Shown: positions 22,326 to 31,982 of the stretch, piece by piece
Numbering within the stretch: the stretch's first letter is position 1
Layout of the letters: the number at the start of each line of letters is the position of its first letter
Source: an uncultured Verrucomicrobiae bacterium
Lineage (GTDB): Bacteria; Verrucomicrobiota; Verrucomicrobiia; Chthoniobacterales; UBA10450
Direction: 5' to 3'
Assembly: GCA_963756875.1 (NCBI GenBank)
Contig: CAVWPA010000003.1
Coordinates: forward strand, 352,001-416,000
DNA: 64,000 nt
Program-made: the position numbers and the translations under genes
Notes under the pieces: model-generated
The model's database searches: none
Told to the model about the DNA's origin: nothing
Seen by the model: only the letters and a program-made list of their open reading frames with translations

Positions 22326-23264
22326 TCAGGACTTTTGTTCGCGCACGTCCCGATCCTCGGCGGGAGGGACGACAGCTACGCTTACGCTGGCATGATGCAG
22401 AACTGCGCGGGAAACCGATCCGAACCGCACCCGGCCAAGCCCATGCCGGCGATGAGTGCCGACAACAACAAGATCCGCTTTTTTATGATGAGCCATCTCG
22501 AAGAGCGAATCTTCGGGACGGCCCCAGGCCGGGCCAACCGTCAACGCCACGTTTCCGGAAGATAAAAACTGCGCGACCCGTTCGGCCAAATCGCTTTTGA
22601 GACGAGCTTGAATTTCCTTCGGATTCTCGGTTAACGGCAGCGATCCATGGTATCCGATGCGCTCAGCCGCTTCCGGCGGCCAATCGGCATGTAACACGTC
22701 GATTTCGCAAAGTCCCAACGCGCCGATCTCCCCGACCCAGCGAAGGGCGGCATCGCTGGCATCCGAAAAATCACATCCAACCAGCACCTTCAACGGATGT
22801 TCGCCTCGGATCCAGGAACCAAGCCTGCCGCCAGGCCGAACAACCAGGGTCGGGATGGCCGAAGTTTCGGCCGTGCGTTCGGCCACGCTGCCAACGAACA
22901 ACCGGCGGGTGACACCGTGCCCGACCGCCCCGACCACGATCAAGCGCGCCTTGGATTCACTTGCGGTAGTCACCAATCCGTCAAAGGCCGATCCGGAAAG
23001 AAGCTTTTCTTCCACATCCGCCCCCGTCTTGCGCAGCCGCGCCGCTTCATTGCCGAGAGCACCCCGTTTTTGCGAAAGCGCGGCGTCGAACAATTTGGGA
23101 TCAACGGGTCCCATGCCGAGGAATTCATCCACTTGCACGAGAACAAGCTTCGTCCCGAGGCGTCTCGCCAATGCCGCGGCGATGTCTGCCGCCTCCGTCG
23201 CCACCGAAGAAAAATCGGTGCCACAGACGATCGGCTGTGCGCCTTTGTTCTGCTCGACGCTCAT
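22326..23264 (-). CDS. Universal stress protein (tandem USP domains)
   Basis: IVCGTDFS...GSVAER and VLVGCDFS...GSVSRAVL. Confidence 0.92.
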   Translation of the reverse strand: MSVEQNKGAQPIVCGTDFSSVATEAADIAAALARRLGTKLVLVQVDEFLGMGPVDPKLFDAALSQKRGALGNEAARLRKTGADVEEKLLSGSAFDGLVTTASESKARLIVVGAVGHGVTRRLFVGSVAERTAETSAIPTLVVRPGGRLGSWIRGEHPLKVLVGCDFSDASDAALRWVGEIGALGLCEIDVLHADWPPEAAERIGYHGSLPLTENPKEIQARLKSDLAERVAQFLSSGNVALTVGPAWGRPEDSLFEMAHHKKADLVVVGTHRRHGLGRVRFGSVSRAVLHHASVSVAVVPPAEDRDVREQKS

Positions 23265-23294
23265 TCGCTTTCGCTGCGCGCCCCGTCTCGCCGG

Positions 23295-23729
23295 CTAACG
23301 TCCGCGCCGGCCTGCGCCCGACCACGCCGGAACGCCGTTCTCATCGCGCAGTTTCAAGATTTCATCTCCTTTTTTAACCTGCGCAGCGATGATCATTTCC
23401 TTTCCGTCAATCGTGACCCGAGAGCCGGTGACGGTGATTGTATCGTTGGCTTCGATATGTGGAGTCTGCTTGTCGATATACCAGGCCGGTCCGAGGTGCA
23501 CGGAGATCGCTTCCTTGTCGGTTTGCAGCATGAGATGAATTCCCTGGCCGCGACCTCCCGGAGAGCCGGTTTTCTCAACCGACAAGACCTTTCCCTGAAT
23601 GGTTTCAACCGTTTTCGTGTCGTATCGTCGATTGGCGGCTCCTCTTCCGGGCTGAGCAGCCGCGCTTGATATTCCCAGCAGCCCGGCGATCGCCGCGGAG
23701 ATAGTAATCAGCGTTTTCGTGTTTTTCAT
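23295..23729 (-). CDS. Secreted OB-fold hypothetical protein
   Basis: Signal peptide, YD..TVETIQGKV, VHLGPAWY, LRDENGVPAW. Confidence 0.8.
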   Translation of the reverse strand: MKNTKTLITISAAIAGLLGISSAAAQPGRGAANRRYDTKTVETIQGKVLSVEKTGSPGGRGQGIHLMLQTDKEAISVHLGPAWYIDKQTPHIEANDTITVTGSRVTIDGKEMIIAAQVKKGDEILKLRDENGVPAWSGAGRRGR

Positions 23730-24040
23730 TTTGTCCTTTCCTTTGTTGTTTGGTTTCGGCTGTTCTCCTTTTCCAAAATTGCCACCGTCGTCTTCATCAC
23801 GGTATCAGGGTTTGACGAGATGCTGTCGATCTTTTGTTCGATGCGATAAGCCTGGGTCGTGATGGCAAAACCATCCGGTACTTTCACGCCTTTTGGCGTA
23901 AGCTCGCGAAACATCTCCCCTAACGAAGCGGTCTTGCCGCCGACCGACGGAACATCTTTGATTCCGATTTCGCGGAACCATTTTACGTAAGACGATTTCG
24001 TTTGCGGCTTTCGCGCGGGCTTCAAAGTTTCAGTTTTCAT
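23726..24040 (-). pseudogene. ppsA: Internally deleted phosphoenolpyruvate synthase remnant
   Basis: The PpsA N-terminus (WF..IGIKDVPSVGGKTASLGEM...VPDGFAIT..AYR) is fused in frame to the PpsA C-terminus (IDSISSNPDTVMKT...ILE). Strong TAAGGAGG SD. Confidence 0.85.
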
Positions 24041-24070
24041 TAAAATACCTCCTTAAATGAAGCTGTGCCG

Positions 24071-25135
24071 TCATGGCTTGATCGCCACCTTAAGAACACC
24101 CTCCCGGCGCGAGCCAAACAGGTCGTAAGCCTCGACGATCTGATCGAGAGAAAAATGGTGTGTGATCAACGGCGTCGGATCGAAGCGTTTCGATCGCACC
24201 ACGGCCATTAACCGCCGCATCCGTTCTTTGCCCCCCGGGCAGAGCGTCGTAACGATCTTGTAATCGCCGAGGCCGGCGGCAAAGGCATCGTAAGGCACCT
24301 GCAATTTCCCGGAATAAACTCCCAGGCTGCTTAACGTGCCACCCGGGCGCAAACAGCGCAGAGCGTTTTCAAATGTCTCCTGCCGCCCAAGGGCCTCAAT
24401 AGCCACGTCAGCTCCGCCACCGGTCAGTTTTTTTATCTTGGCAATCACATCGGCGTCTTGTGGATCGAGCACCATGTCGGCGCCCATTCGCTTCGACATT
24501 CTCATTCGAGCCGGGTCGCCTTCGATGCCGATAATAAATGATGCGCCCATCAATTTTGCGCCCGCCGTGGCGCATAGTCCGATCGGTCCCTGCGCAAAAA
24601 CGACCACCGTATCGCCGATGCGAATGTTACCGGATTCGGCGCCGCTGAATCCGGTCGAAGCGATGTCGGCGAGCAAAACAACCTGTTCGTCGCTCAAATC
24701 GTCGGGAATTTTCGCCAGATTGGCCTGCGCGCTGGGCACCAGCAGATACTCGGCTTGCGCGCCGTTGATGGTGTTGCCAAAACGCCAGCCGCCGATTGCT
24801 TCCACACCTTCACCGTGGCCGCATTGCGCCCATTGCGCAGACAAGCAGGCGCGACATTGGCCACATGGCGTGATCGCGCCGACGAGCACGCGATCGCCAA
24901 TCTCATAGCCGGTTACGCCTTTGCCGATCTCTTCGATCACGCCGACCGGCTCGTGTCCGATCACCAGACCCGGCTTTACCGGATACTCGCCCCGCAGGAT
25001 GTGAAGGTCAGTGCCGCAAATCGTCGTCAGCGTAATCCTGATGACAGCTTCGCCTGCACCCGCACTCGGGCGCGGCACTTCCTCAATCCTGATGTTGTTT
25101 GGTCCGTGAAATACGTTGGCTTTCATCTTTTGCAT
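24071..25135 (-). CDS. Zinc-dependent alcohol dehydrogenase (MDR family)
   Basis: ICGTDLH, GHE, structural zinc CGQCRAC...C, ADIASTG, QGPIG. Confidence 0.93.
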   Translation of the reverse strand: MQKMKANVFHGPNNIRIEEVPRPSAGAGEAVIRITLTTICGTDLHILRGEYPVKPGLVIGHEPVGVIEEIGKGVTGYEIGDRVLVGAITPCGQCRACLSAQWAQCGHGEGVEAIGGWRFGNTINGAQAEYLLVPSAQANLAKIPDDLSDEQVVLLADIASTGFSGAESGNIRIGDTVVVFAQGPIGLCATAGAKLMGASFIIGIEGDPARMRMSKRMGADMVLDPQDADVIAKIKKLTGGGADVAIEALGRQETFENALRCLRPGGTLSSLGVYSGKLQVPYDAFAAGLGDYKIVTTLCPGGKERMRRLMAVVRSKRFDPTPLITHHFSLDQIVEAYDLFGSRREGVLKVAIKP

Positions 25136-25335
25136 GGTCGATTTCCCCGTTAATTTTTTGGGTAACAATTAAATGTGACAGTGGTTAGCGGTCGTTCGTT
25201 TCGCAAATTGCGAATTTCCAAGCGTTTCTTGCCCCGCCGCCCCGACAAAATGAAAAGTGGGACGACACAGAGATCGCACCTTCAATTTTTTCCGTCGTGG
25301 TTGCTATGTCAGCCGGAGAGGATCCGGACAAGCAA

Positions 25336-26115
25336 TCAGGGCGCCGGTTCCAATAACTTCGAAATGGTAACGAAGTGGAAGCCGCGCGCTTGCAGATTTG
25401 CAATGATGGCCGGCAAGGCATCCACCGTGCTGCGAACGCCGACGTGCATCAAAATGATTGCGCCGTCGAGTTCCGCGTCGCTTTTGCCGGCAATGCGATC
25501 GATAAGGAATTGCGGACTCTTCGCCGGTTCGACTCCATCCAGACTGTCGAGCGTCCAGTAGATCGAGCGGTAACCCAGATTTCTCGCGATTTTTAGAACT
25601 CGCTCGTCTCGAATCCCGTACGGAGCCCTGAACCTGGGCCTTGGGCTCTGCCCGGCAGCCTTGGCGATTACCCGTTCGGCCCGCACGATTTCATCTCGCA
25701 CGACGTTGTCCGTTTGCTGGGTCAGATCGAGATGGCTCCAGGTATGATTTCCAACCTCGTGCCCGAACTTGGTAATTTCCGCCGCGCAGTCCGCGTGTTC
25801 CCGGGCGAACGCCCCAGTGATAAAAAAAGTGCAGTGCACATGCGCGTTCGCCAGGACTGTCATCAAATCGTCGAAACATTCCGCTTCCTTTCCTCCGTCG
25901 AAAGTAAGGGCAATCTCCGACTTGCCGCGGGGCCCGCGATCCACCTCGCCAGGCAGCCGCGCATTCCCCGAAACGCCTGTGGCGCGGCTCTTGTCCGGTC
26001 TGACATGAGTAGCTTGCACGTAGGACCAAGTCCCGACCAGCAGGAATACGGCAAGAAATTTTGAGCTGCGCCGCGCCGCGCCCAGAACCTTCTGCCTCAC
26101 ACCCTCAACTGTCAT
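25336..26115 (-). CDS. Polysaccharide deacetylase (NodB/CE4 family)
   Basis: LTFDGG, HEVGNHTWSH, RAPYG, IILMH; N-terminal signal or TM segment. Confidence 0.9.
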   Translation of the reverse strand: MTVEGVRQKVLGAARRSSKFLAVFLLVGTWSYVQATHVRPDKSRATGVSGNARLPGEVDRGPRGKSEIALTFDGGKEAECFDDLMTVLANAHVHCTFFITGAFAREHADCAAEITKFGHEVGNHTWSHLDLTQQTDNVVRDEIVRAERVIAKAAGQSPRPRFRAPYGIRDERVLKIARNLGYRSIYWTLDSLDGVEPAKSPQFLIDRIAGKSDAELDGAIILMHVGVRSTVDALPAIIANLQARGFHFVTISKLLEPAP

Positions 26116-26303
26116 GGATGGCGATGCGTCAATTTTGTGGCGTGATGTTCGGAGATCACCTCAAAAACATGCCGACCCAGCGCGACGACCGCAATAGCCA
26201 GGGCAACGAGGAAAAAGACACTATGAACCACGATCCCAAGGCCTACAGCGAGTCCAAGCAGCAGGGTTATTGTCGGTGCATCGAAAATATTCAACTTCTT
26301 CAT
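26112..26303 (-). CDS. Small membrane hypothetical protein
   Basis: AGGAGG SD before MKKLNIF, hydrophobic hairpin, ATGA overlap with the deacetylase. Confidence 0.7.
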   Translation of the reverse strand: MKKLNIFDAPTITLLLGLAVGLGIVVHSVFFLVALAIAVVALGRHVFEVISEHHATKLTHRHP

Positions 26304-26491
26304 AACACGCCTCCTTTTGACCAAATAACCCTAAATCGTTATCGCCGGGGCGATAACCGCCGCTTGGCTTTAACTGCGCAAAAATTGCGGGGGTCCTGTG
26401 CGCTTGTAGCCGCCTCACTCAGTTGAGGCGCCAGGACACGGCGTTCCGACTTGGTGAGCGACTCCGCTCGGAATGAGAGAGTCTTTCAATT

Positions 26492-26514
26492 GTAGGGCGT
26501 CCGCCGCGGATGCC
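26492..26514. repeat. GTAG-type REP-like hairpin downstream of the nonaheme gene
   Basis: GTAG GGCGTCCG ccg CGGATGCC. Confidence 0.55.
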
Positions 26515-26520
26515 GAATGC

Positions 26521-28071
26521 TTACTTTTCGAGTTGGCGGAGTTTGAGATAAATCGCCAGCATCAGAAGGCCGATCAGGCCGATGCTGACAGCCAAACCGA
26601 TCTGCCGGAACTTGTATTCGCCGCGCGCTTTCTTGACCAGAGCGTCAGTTTGCTGAACCGCCTGTTCCCCCGGCAGCGCCACCTGTTGAAAAGTGTCCCG
26701 GCTGAACGAATGGATGTACCTCCGCGACTTCTTCAGTGTATCCGTGAGATCGGTTAACTGGTTGTTGATCGGCTCCACATCCAGACCTTTCGCGGCGAGC
26801 TTCTCGGAGACTTCCGTAAACTTCTTCTGGGCATCGTCCATCTGGGTGATGGTCTGGTGGAAATAATTGGCGGTGGGGATGCATTTTGGGTCGTCTGTGG
26901 CGTAATGGCGATGGCAATCACCGCACAATCCGCCCGGCCCGGTTGCCAGCATTGAATCGTGCGTCTTCATGATGGCATGGTTGCCATGGCATTTGCCGCA
27001 TTCCGGCCAGTTATGGCTGTCGAACGCCTGCTTGTGTTTGCTGCCGTCGAACAAACTCGCATTGGCCGAGTGACAGAGACTGCAACTCCGGCTCACCTGA
27101 GCAACGCCCGGCGGTATGGCGGCATGGTTGCCGTGGCAATCGTTACATGCCGGCGCGCCGAGATCGCCGCGTTCGAGCAGCGCGCGACCATGAACGCTGG
27201 TACGGTATTCCGCAAGCTGATTGGTCGGCAGCGGCGAGCCGTCCGCGCGCTTAAACCCAGCCATAATTGTGGGATTGGCGTGACACGCTCCGCAAGTTTC
27301 CGGCACGCGCTGGGCATAAACTTTCGATTGCGGATCTTTCGCCGGGCGAATGCCGTGGACACCGTGGCAACTCACGCATTGCGGCGCGCGATTGTCGTGG
27401 TTTACCAGCAGCACCTGGCCATGCGGGCTGTCCTTGAATTTCGCCAGTTGATCGGTGGGCAGCGCGGGATTGAATTGATGCATCAGGGCCGGATCGGAAT
27501 GGCAGCGCGCGCAGAAATAAACGACCCAAGCGCGGTCCTTCTGGCGGTCCTTTTCCGGCCATTCCTTGACGAAAGCGTGACCGAACACCGCGGTAGGATC
27601 GCCGCCGTGGCAGCCGGCACAGGAGAGTCCGCGGCGAAAATGAGTGTCCTCGACGATCTCTTTCAGGTTCATGTGCGAAGGCGGCGCTTTGGGCGAATCG
27701 GGTCCGAGAGTGAAGAGGTCCTCCGGCGATTGGACCTGCGCATCGGTGTGGCAAAGAATGCAGTTGTTTTGCAGGACCAGCTCCATCTTTTGCGGGCGCA
27801 AATCCAGCGCAAGCAGCACCGCCAAATGCTCGGGTTGCGTAATGGTTTCCTTTTGCACCACCTGGTTGAGCAATTCTTTCAAGTTGTCGTTGAGACCGTT
27901 GAAATAATTGCGCTCTTCCGGGGTGATAATCGGCTTGCCGTCCTTGTCTTTGGCGTTGAGCATCGCGGCCAGCTTCGGACTCGCGCCGGCCAGACTTTGC
28001 TCCGCGGCAGAAGTGGCGGCCGGAATCAAAAGAACGGCAATGACGACCGGGATGATCGCGATCGTTCTCAA
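26521..28071 (-). CDS. Membrane-anchored nonaheme cytochrome c, partner of the Rieske/cytochrome b pair
   Basis: 9 CxxCH motifs (CILCH, CAGCH, CARCH, CVSCH, CGACH, CNDCH, CSLCH, CGKCH, CGDCH), signal peptide, C-terminal TM. TTG start with GAGGAG SD overlaps the cyt b stop. Confidence 0.92.
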   Translation of the reverse strand: MRTIAIIPVVIAVLLIPAATSAAEQSLAGASPKLAAMLNAKDKDGKPIITPEERNYFNGLNDNLKELLNQVVQKETITQPEHLAVLLALDLRPQKMELVLQNNCILCHTDAQVQSPEDLFTLGPDSPKAPPSHMNLKEIVEDTHFRRGLSCAGCHGGDPTAVFGHAFVKEWPEKDRQKDRAWVVYFCARCHSDPALMHQFNPALPTDQLAKFKDSPHGQVLLVNHDNRAPQCVSCHGVHGIRPAKDPQSKVYAQRVPETCGACHANPTIMAGFKRADGSPLPTNQLAEYRTSVHGRALLERGDLGAPACNDCHGNHAAIPPGVAQVSRSCSLCHSANASLFDGSKHKQAFDSHNWPECGKCHGNHAIMKTHDSMLATGPGGLCGDCHRHYATDDPKCIPTANYFHQTITQMDDAQKKFTEVSEKLAAKGLDVEPINNQLTDLTDTLKKSRRYIHSFSRDTFQQVALPGEQAVQQTDALVKKARGEYKFRQIGLAVSIGLIGLLMLAIYLKLRQLEK

Positions 28072-29489
28072 CTTGCACCCTCCTCAACGGCGCGCGGACG
28101 CATGAAATGTGAAGCCACAGCGAGGATCACCGCGATAACGAACGAGATCAGCCCGGCCAGTAAATAAGAAATACCCACCAGGCCATGCAGCACCACCTGT
28201 AACAGCGCTGCGCCGGTTAGCACAAACCAGCGATGTTCGAACCACCAATAGCGAAAAACAATAACCACTGCGCCGCCGGCTAGAGTGTACCATGCGCAGA
28301 CCCGCGCCGATCTGTGCACCAAGGCCACGTCATTGCCTGCTCCACTTGCTCCGATGTCCCAGCCCATCAGGGTCAGGTACGTCAGGAACAGGATCGCCGC
28401 CCAGCCGAAGTCGCTGAAAGCCGGTGATGATTTGTTCCGGGCGGCGCGCCGGTCCAGCCATGGGATGATCGCCCAGATGCCGAGCAAGAGCGCGATCAAG
28501 AACAGGCAGACTTGCGGCCCCGGCAAACCGAAGAGGTGCGGTGGAAATTCCTTCAGCAACTGATACTCCCACAGGAAATACCATTCCGGCTTGATGCCGG
28601 GATAGGCCGGCGCCATCGGGTCCGCCTTCGAGCCGAGTTCCCAATCCATTCCCGGAATGCCCGGCCCATAGGGAAGGAAAACCGCCAGAGACAGCAGCAA
28701 CATCAAACACGCCAGCCACAGCAACACATCGCGCATGGCAAAGCTGGGAAAGAACTTCATGCCGCGCGGCGCGACTCGGGTACCCACGGGTAACGCCATG
28801 CCTTGCCGCTGAATAAACAAGAGGTGGAGACTGATCAGGCCGACGAACGCCAATGGCAGGATCACCACGTGGGCGGCAAAGAACCGATAGAGTGTGTTGA
28901 TCGTTACATCCTGCCCGCCCCGCAACACCTCCAACAGCCAGTCGCCCAGCACCGGCACTGAACGCACGATATTGGTGCCAACCGTTGTTGCGAAGTAAGC
29001 CAGTTTGTTCCACGGCAGGAGATAGCCGGAGAAACCGAACCCGAGCGTCAGCAAAAACAAAAGGTAGCCGGAAACCCACGTCAATTCACGCGGCGGGCGA
29101 TAAGCTTTCAACATCATCGTGCTGAACATGTGAAGCGTCAGCGAGATGATCATCAGGTGCGCGCTCCAACTGTGTATCGAACGGATCAGCCAGCCGAAAG
29201 GGACCTTGGTTGTCAGAAAACGAATGCTCTCGTAGGCCGTCGCTTCGCCCGGCTGGAAATACATCAGCAACAGCACGCCAGTGATCACCTGGACGATGAA
29301 AAAGAACATCGTGATCCCGCCCAGATAGTACCAGCCCATCCAGTGCGAACCCAAAGGTACCTGCTTGTGACTGAGAAATTCGATGAGCGGCGTTATGTGA
29401 AAACGCCGATCCAGCCAGCCGAGCAACCCGCCGCCCTTGCCCGCACTGCTTGCCTCAGGCTTTTTGTTCTGGTGAGATAACAATGGCAC
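28068..29489 (-). CDS. Cytochrome b subunit of a Rieske/cyt b complex (b6-like domain fused to subunit IV-like domain)
   Basis: YLGG, RSIHSWSAH...LH, GFSGYLLPW, RFFAAH...LH, IKPEWYF. Confidence 0.93.
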   Translation of the reverse strand: MPLLSHQNKKPEASSAGKGGGLLGWLDRRFHITPLIEFLSHKQVPLGSHWMGWYYLGGITMFFFIVQVITGVLLLMYFQPGEATAYESIRFLTTKVPFGWLIRSIHSWSAHLMIISLTLHMFSTMMLKAYRPPRELTWVSGYLLFLLTLGFGFSGYLLPWNKLAYFATTVGTNIVRSVPVLGDWLLEVLRGGQDVTINTLYRFFAAHVVILPLAFVGLISLHLLFIQRQGMALPVGTRVAPRGMKFFPSFAMRDVLLWLACLMLLLSLAVFLPYGPGIPGMDWELGSKADPMAPAYPGIKPEWYFLWEYQLLKEFPPHLFGLPGPQVCLFLIALLLGIWAIIPWLDRRAARNKSSPAFSDFGWAAILFLTYLTLMGWDIGASGAGNDVALVHRSARVCAWYTLAGGAVVIVFRYWWFEHRWFVLTGAALLQVVLHGLVGISYLLAGLISFVIAVILAVASHFMRPRAVEEGAS

Positions 29490-29928
29490 CGTCGGGTTGT
29501 CGTTTGACCGCGAATTCCGGCAGCGGCTTAGGCGGGGGGCCGGATATTACGCGGCCGTTGAGATCGTAGCGGCCATCATGGCAAGGGCACCAGATGATCG
29601 ATTGGCCTGGCAAATAGGTGACCGTGCAGCCTTCGTGCGTGCAAACGGCGCTGAATGCGAGCAGTTGCTCGCCGTGAGGTTCCAAAACGATTGCGCGCTG
29701 TCCGCTTACCGGAACGATGACAAATTTATTCTTCTCCAGCTTGCCAGTCTCCTCGCGCGTCAAACGCGTCGGCCCGGTAGGTCCGGCTTGCGGCAGCGGC
29801 TTGAGATAACGAATCACCGGGTAAACAACACTGGCCAGCCAGCCCAGAATGCTTGCGCTTAGCAGAAGATCGAGAAAAGCGCGGCGTGATGTTTTTGGAC
29901 TGGATGCCGCTTCCGTACGCTCTTCCAT
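29455..29928 (-). CDS. Rieske 2Fe-2S subunit
   Basis: Tat motif SRRAFL plus TM; CTHEGC and CPCHDG boxes; GPPPKPL. Confidence 0.94.
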   Translation of the reverse strand: MEERTEAASSPKTSRRAFLDLLLSASILGWLASVVYPVIRYLKPLPQAGPTGPTRLTREETGKLEKNKFVIVPVSGQRAIVLEPHGEQLLAFSAVCTHEGCTVTYLPGQSIIWCPCHDGRYDLNGRVISGPPPKPLPEFAVKRQPDGAIVISPEQKA

Positions 29929-30033
29929 CTCGGATTTTTCTATCTGCCGGCAGAAATTGTTTCAAGGACTTTATTCCCGCCGGCAAAGCCGGATGACGCC
30001 TCACTATCTCGTGATCTAGCCTTTCCCGTTTCT

Positions 30034-30056
30034 GTAGGGGAAGCCGTTGGCTTCCC
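30034..30056. repeat. GTAG-type REP-like hairpin or terminator downstream of ccsA
   Basis: GTAG GGGAAGCC gtt GGCTTCCC, a perfect 8-bp stem starting 10 nt after the ccsA stop. Confidence 0.6.
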
Positions 30057-30065
30057 GATCGCAGT

Positions 30066-31982
30066 TTATTGCGTCGGCGTCTGGCCCATCGGCAGACCAG
30101 GCGATTCGCCGCGAGAGGAGGCGTTCGCAGCATAGAAGCTTCGCCACCGTTCCAGTGGCATGGCAGCGATGCACATCAGGACCAGCTGGCTGACGATAAA
30201 TCCGATCAGCCACGGAAATGCTTTTTCCATGAAGCCGTACGAATGCAGGCCGACTCCGAGCATGTTCACGCCGAACCAGGAAAAACTGGTAACGATGTTC
30301 CCAAAGATGGCCATGATCATCAGGCCGCGCTGGCGAATGAACCCGCCCCAACGAGCATGCAGAGTGATCGCGCACCAAAGCACGATCAACACCGCGCCGT
30401 TTTCTTTCGGGTCCCAGCCCCAAAAGCGCCCCCATGATTGGTCGGCCCAGATTCCGCCGAGAACGGTGCCGACAAAACTGAAGAGTGTGGCGAAGCAGAC
30501 CACGCCGTAGGTCATGCGCGCAAGCGAGTCGGCCGTCTGCTTTGTCAGCGAGCGGGTAAACACGCCGCGAATGATGTAGATGATCGCCAGCATGCCGGCC
30601 AAAAACATGGCCGAATACCCAGTGGTGATCGCGACCACGTGCGTGGCCAGCCAGATGTTGGTGTCGAGGACCGCCTGCAACATTTCCAGCGTGTCGCCGC
30701 TCCCGGCAAGATGATGCGCAATGATCAGCGTGATGAAACCGATGGCGCCGGCGCAGGCCGCGCCGATGCCATCCCGGTAAATTCGTTCCAAAATCAGCGC
30801 GACGATCACAGCGCCCCAGCCGATGAAAATTGCGGACGAATAAAGGTTCGTGACCGGCGGCCGCTCCTGCAGGTACATCCGCGAGATCAACCCAAAGGTG
30901 TGAATCGCCAGCGCGAGCAGCAGAAGATAAAACGCCGAGCGGTTCAGCGTTCGGCTCCAACCAAGCCACGAAATGCAAGCGAGGAGAAAAGCGAGGACAT
31001 AGAGCACCATGCTTTGGCTGAAAGGCTGAAGACGGTTGAACAGAAATTCGAACGAGGCCCGCTTGGTTACGCCCGGCATTTCTTTTGCGAACCAGGATGC
31101 CACAGCATCGACATGCTGATTGAACAACGAATGATTTTTTGCGCGGTATGCGTCTCCGATTAATGCATACTCTTTTACGATCGGATGAATTTTCGCGGTG
31201 CTGACTGAGTGCACCAAGCTTGCGCCGACCGACCACCATTGGTCGCGCGCTGTAGCCGAAGTCGCTGACCCCGGTGCCGGCAGCGGAGGCACCGCGAGAA
31301 TATACGCCATGTCGGACAACCGCTCGTAGCGCTGAATCAGATCCGCGACGTCGTTGAGCTTTGACTTGTCGAAATTCTTTCCCTGCTCGCGTTGACGCGC
31401 CGCCTTTCCCGCACCCGGGACGCTGTTTTCGAATCCTTGCAGTTCCGCCGCGAAATTTACCGCGCCTTCAGGCTGCACGCTGTTTTTCAGCCGCTGGTAC
31501 AGCACCAGGGAATTGCGCAAATTCAGAATCGCATTCTGGTATGCCGAGCGTTGTACCGATTCGAGCTTGTCGGATTGCTCGCCCTGTTCGTCGATCTTTT
31601 TCAGAAACGGCGAAAATTCTGCAAAACTGAAATATTTCCGGTTGCCCTGTTCCCAACCGAACAATCCGAGAACTTCGGCATTTTGTACGACAAAAACCGG
31701 ATACTGGTCGGCGAGGGGAGCATTAAAGAGAACGTCGGTGAGCCACTGCATCGCGTTGAGGCGCCGGCCGTCGTCGATCTCCAGCTCCTGTTTGCCATGA
31801 ATAATCAGGAGAGAATTGCGAGCGACGGTGTCGAGAGGTTTAACACGGCCGCCGACTAACACCGGAACCTTTCCGAATGTGGCAAAATCGAAATCGTTCT
31901 TCGGGCGCTGGTGCGGCCACCAGGTCGCAGCGAGCCAAATCACAGCCAAAGCGAAAACAATCCAGGGAAGAAAACGTTTCAT
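30066..31982 (-). CDS. ccsA: System II cytochrome c synthase CcsA/ResC with a large periplasmic domain
   Basis: WWD domain WADQSWGRFWGWDPKEN, WLATHV, GLHSYG, GRVKPLDT. The start MKRFLPW overlaps the resB stop (ATGA). Confidence 0.92.
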   Translation of the reverse strand: MKRFLPWIVFALAVIWLAATWWPHQRPKNDFDFATFGKVPVLVGGRVKPLDTVARNSLLIIHGKQELEIDDGRRLNAMQWLTDVLFNAPLADQYPVFVVQNAEVLGLFGWEQGNRKYFSFAEFSPFLKKIDEQGEQSDKLESVQRSAYQNAILNLRNSLVLYQRLKNSVQPEGAVNFAAELQGFENSVPGAGKAARQREQGKNFDKSKLNDVADLIQRYERLSDMAYILAVPPLPAPGSATSATARDQWWSVGASLVHSVSTAKIHPIVKEYALIGDAYRAKNHSLFNQHVDAVASWFAKEMPGVTKRASFEFLFNRLQPFSQSMVLYVLAFLLACISWLGWSRTLNRSAFYLLLLALAIHTFGLISRMYLQERPPVTNLYSSAIFIGWGAVIVALILERIYRDGIGAACAGAIGFITLIIAHHLAGSGDTLEMLQAVLDTNIWLATHVVAITTGYSAMFLAGMLAIIYIIRGVFTRSLTKQTADSLARMTYGVVCFATLFSFVGTVLGGIWADQSWGRFWGWDPKENGAVLIVLWCAITLHARWGGFIRQRGLMIMAIFGNIVTSFSWFGVNMLGVGLHSYGFMEKAFPWLIGFIVSQLVLMCIAAMPLERWRSFYAANASSRGESPGLPMGQTPTQ

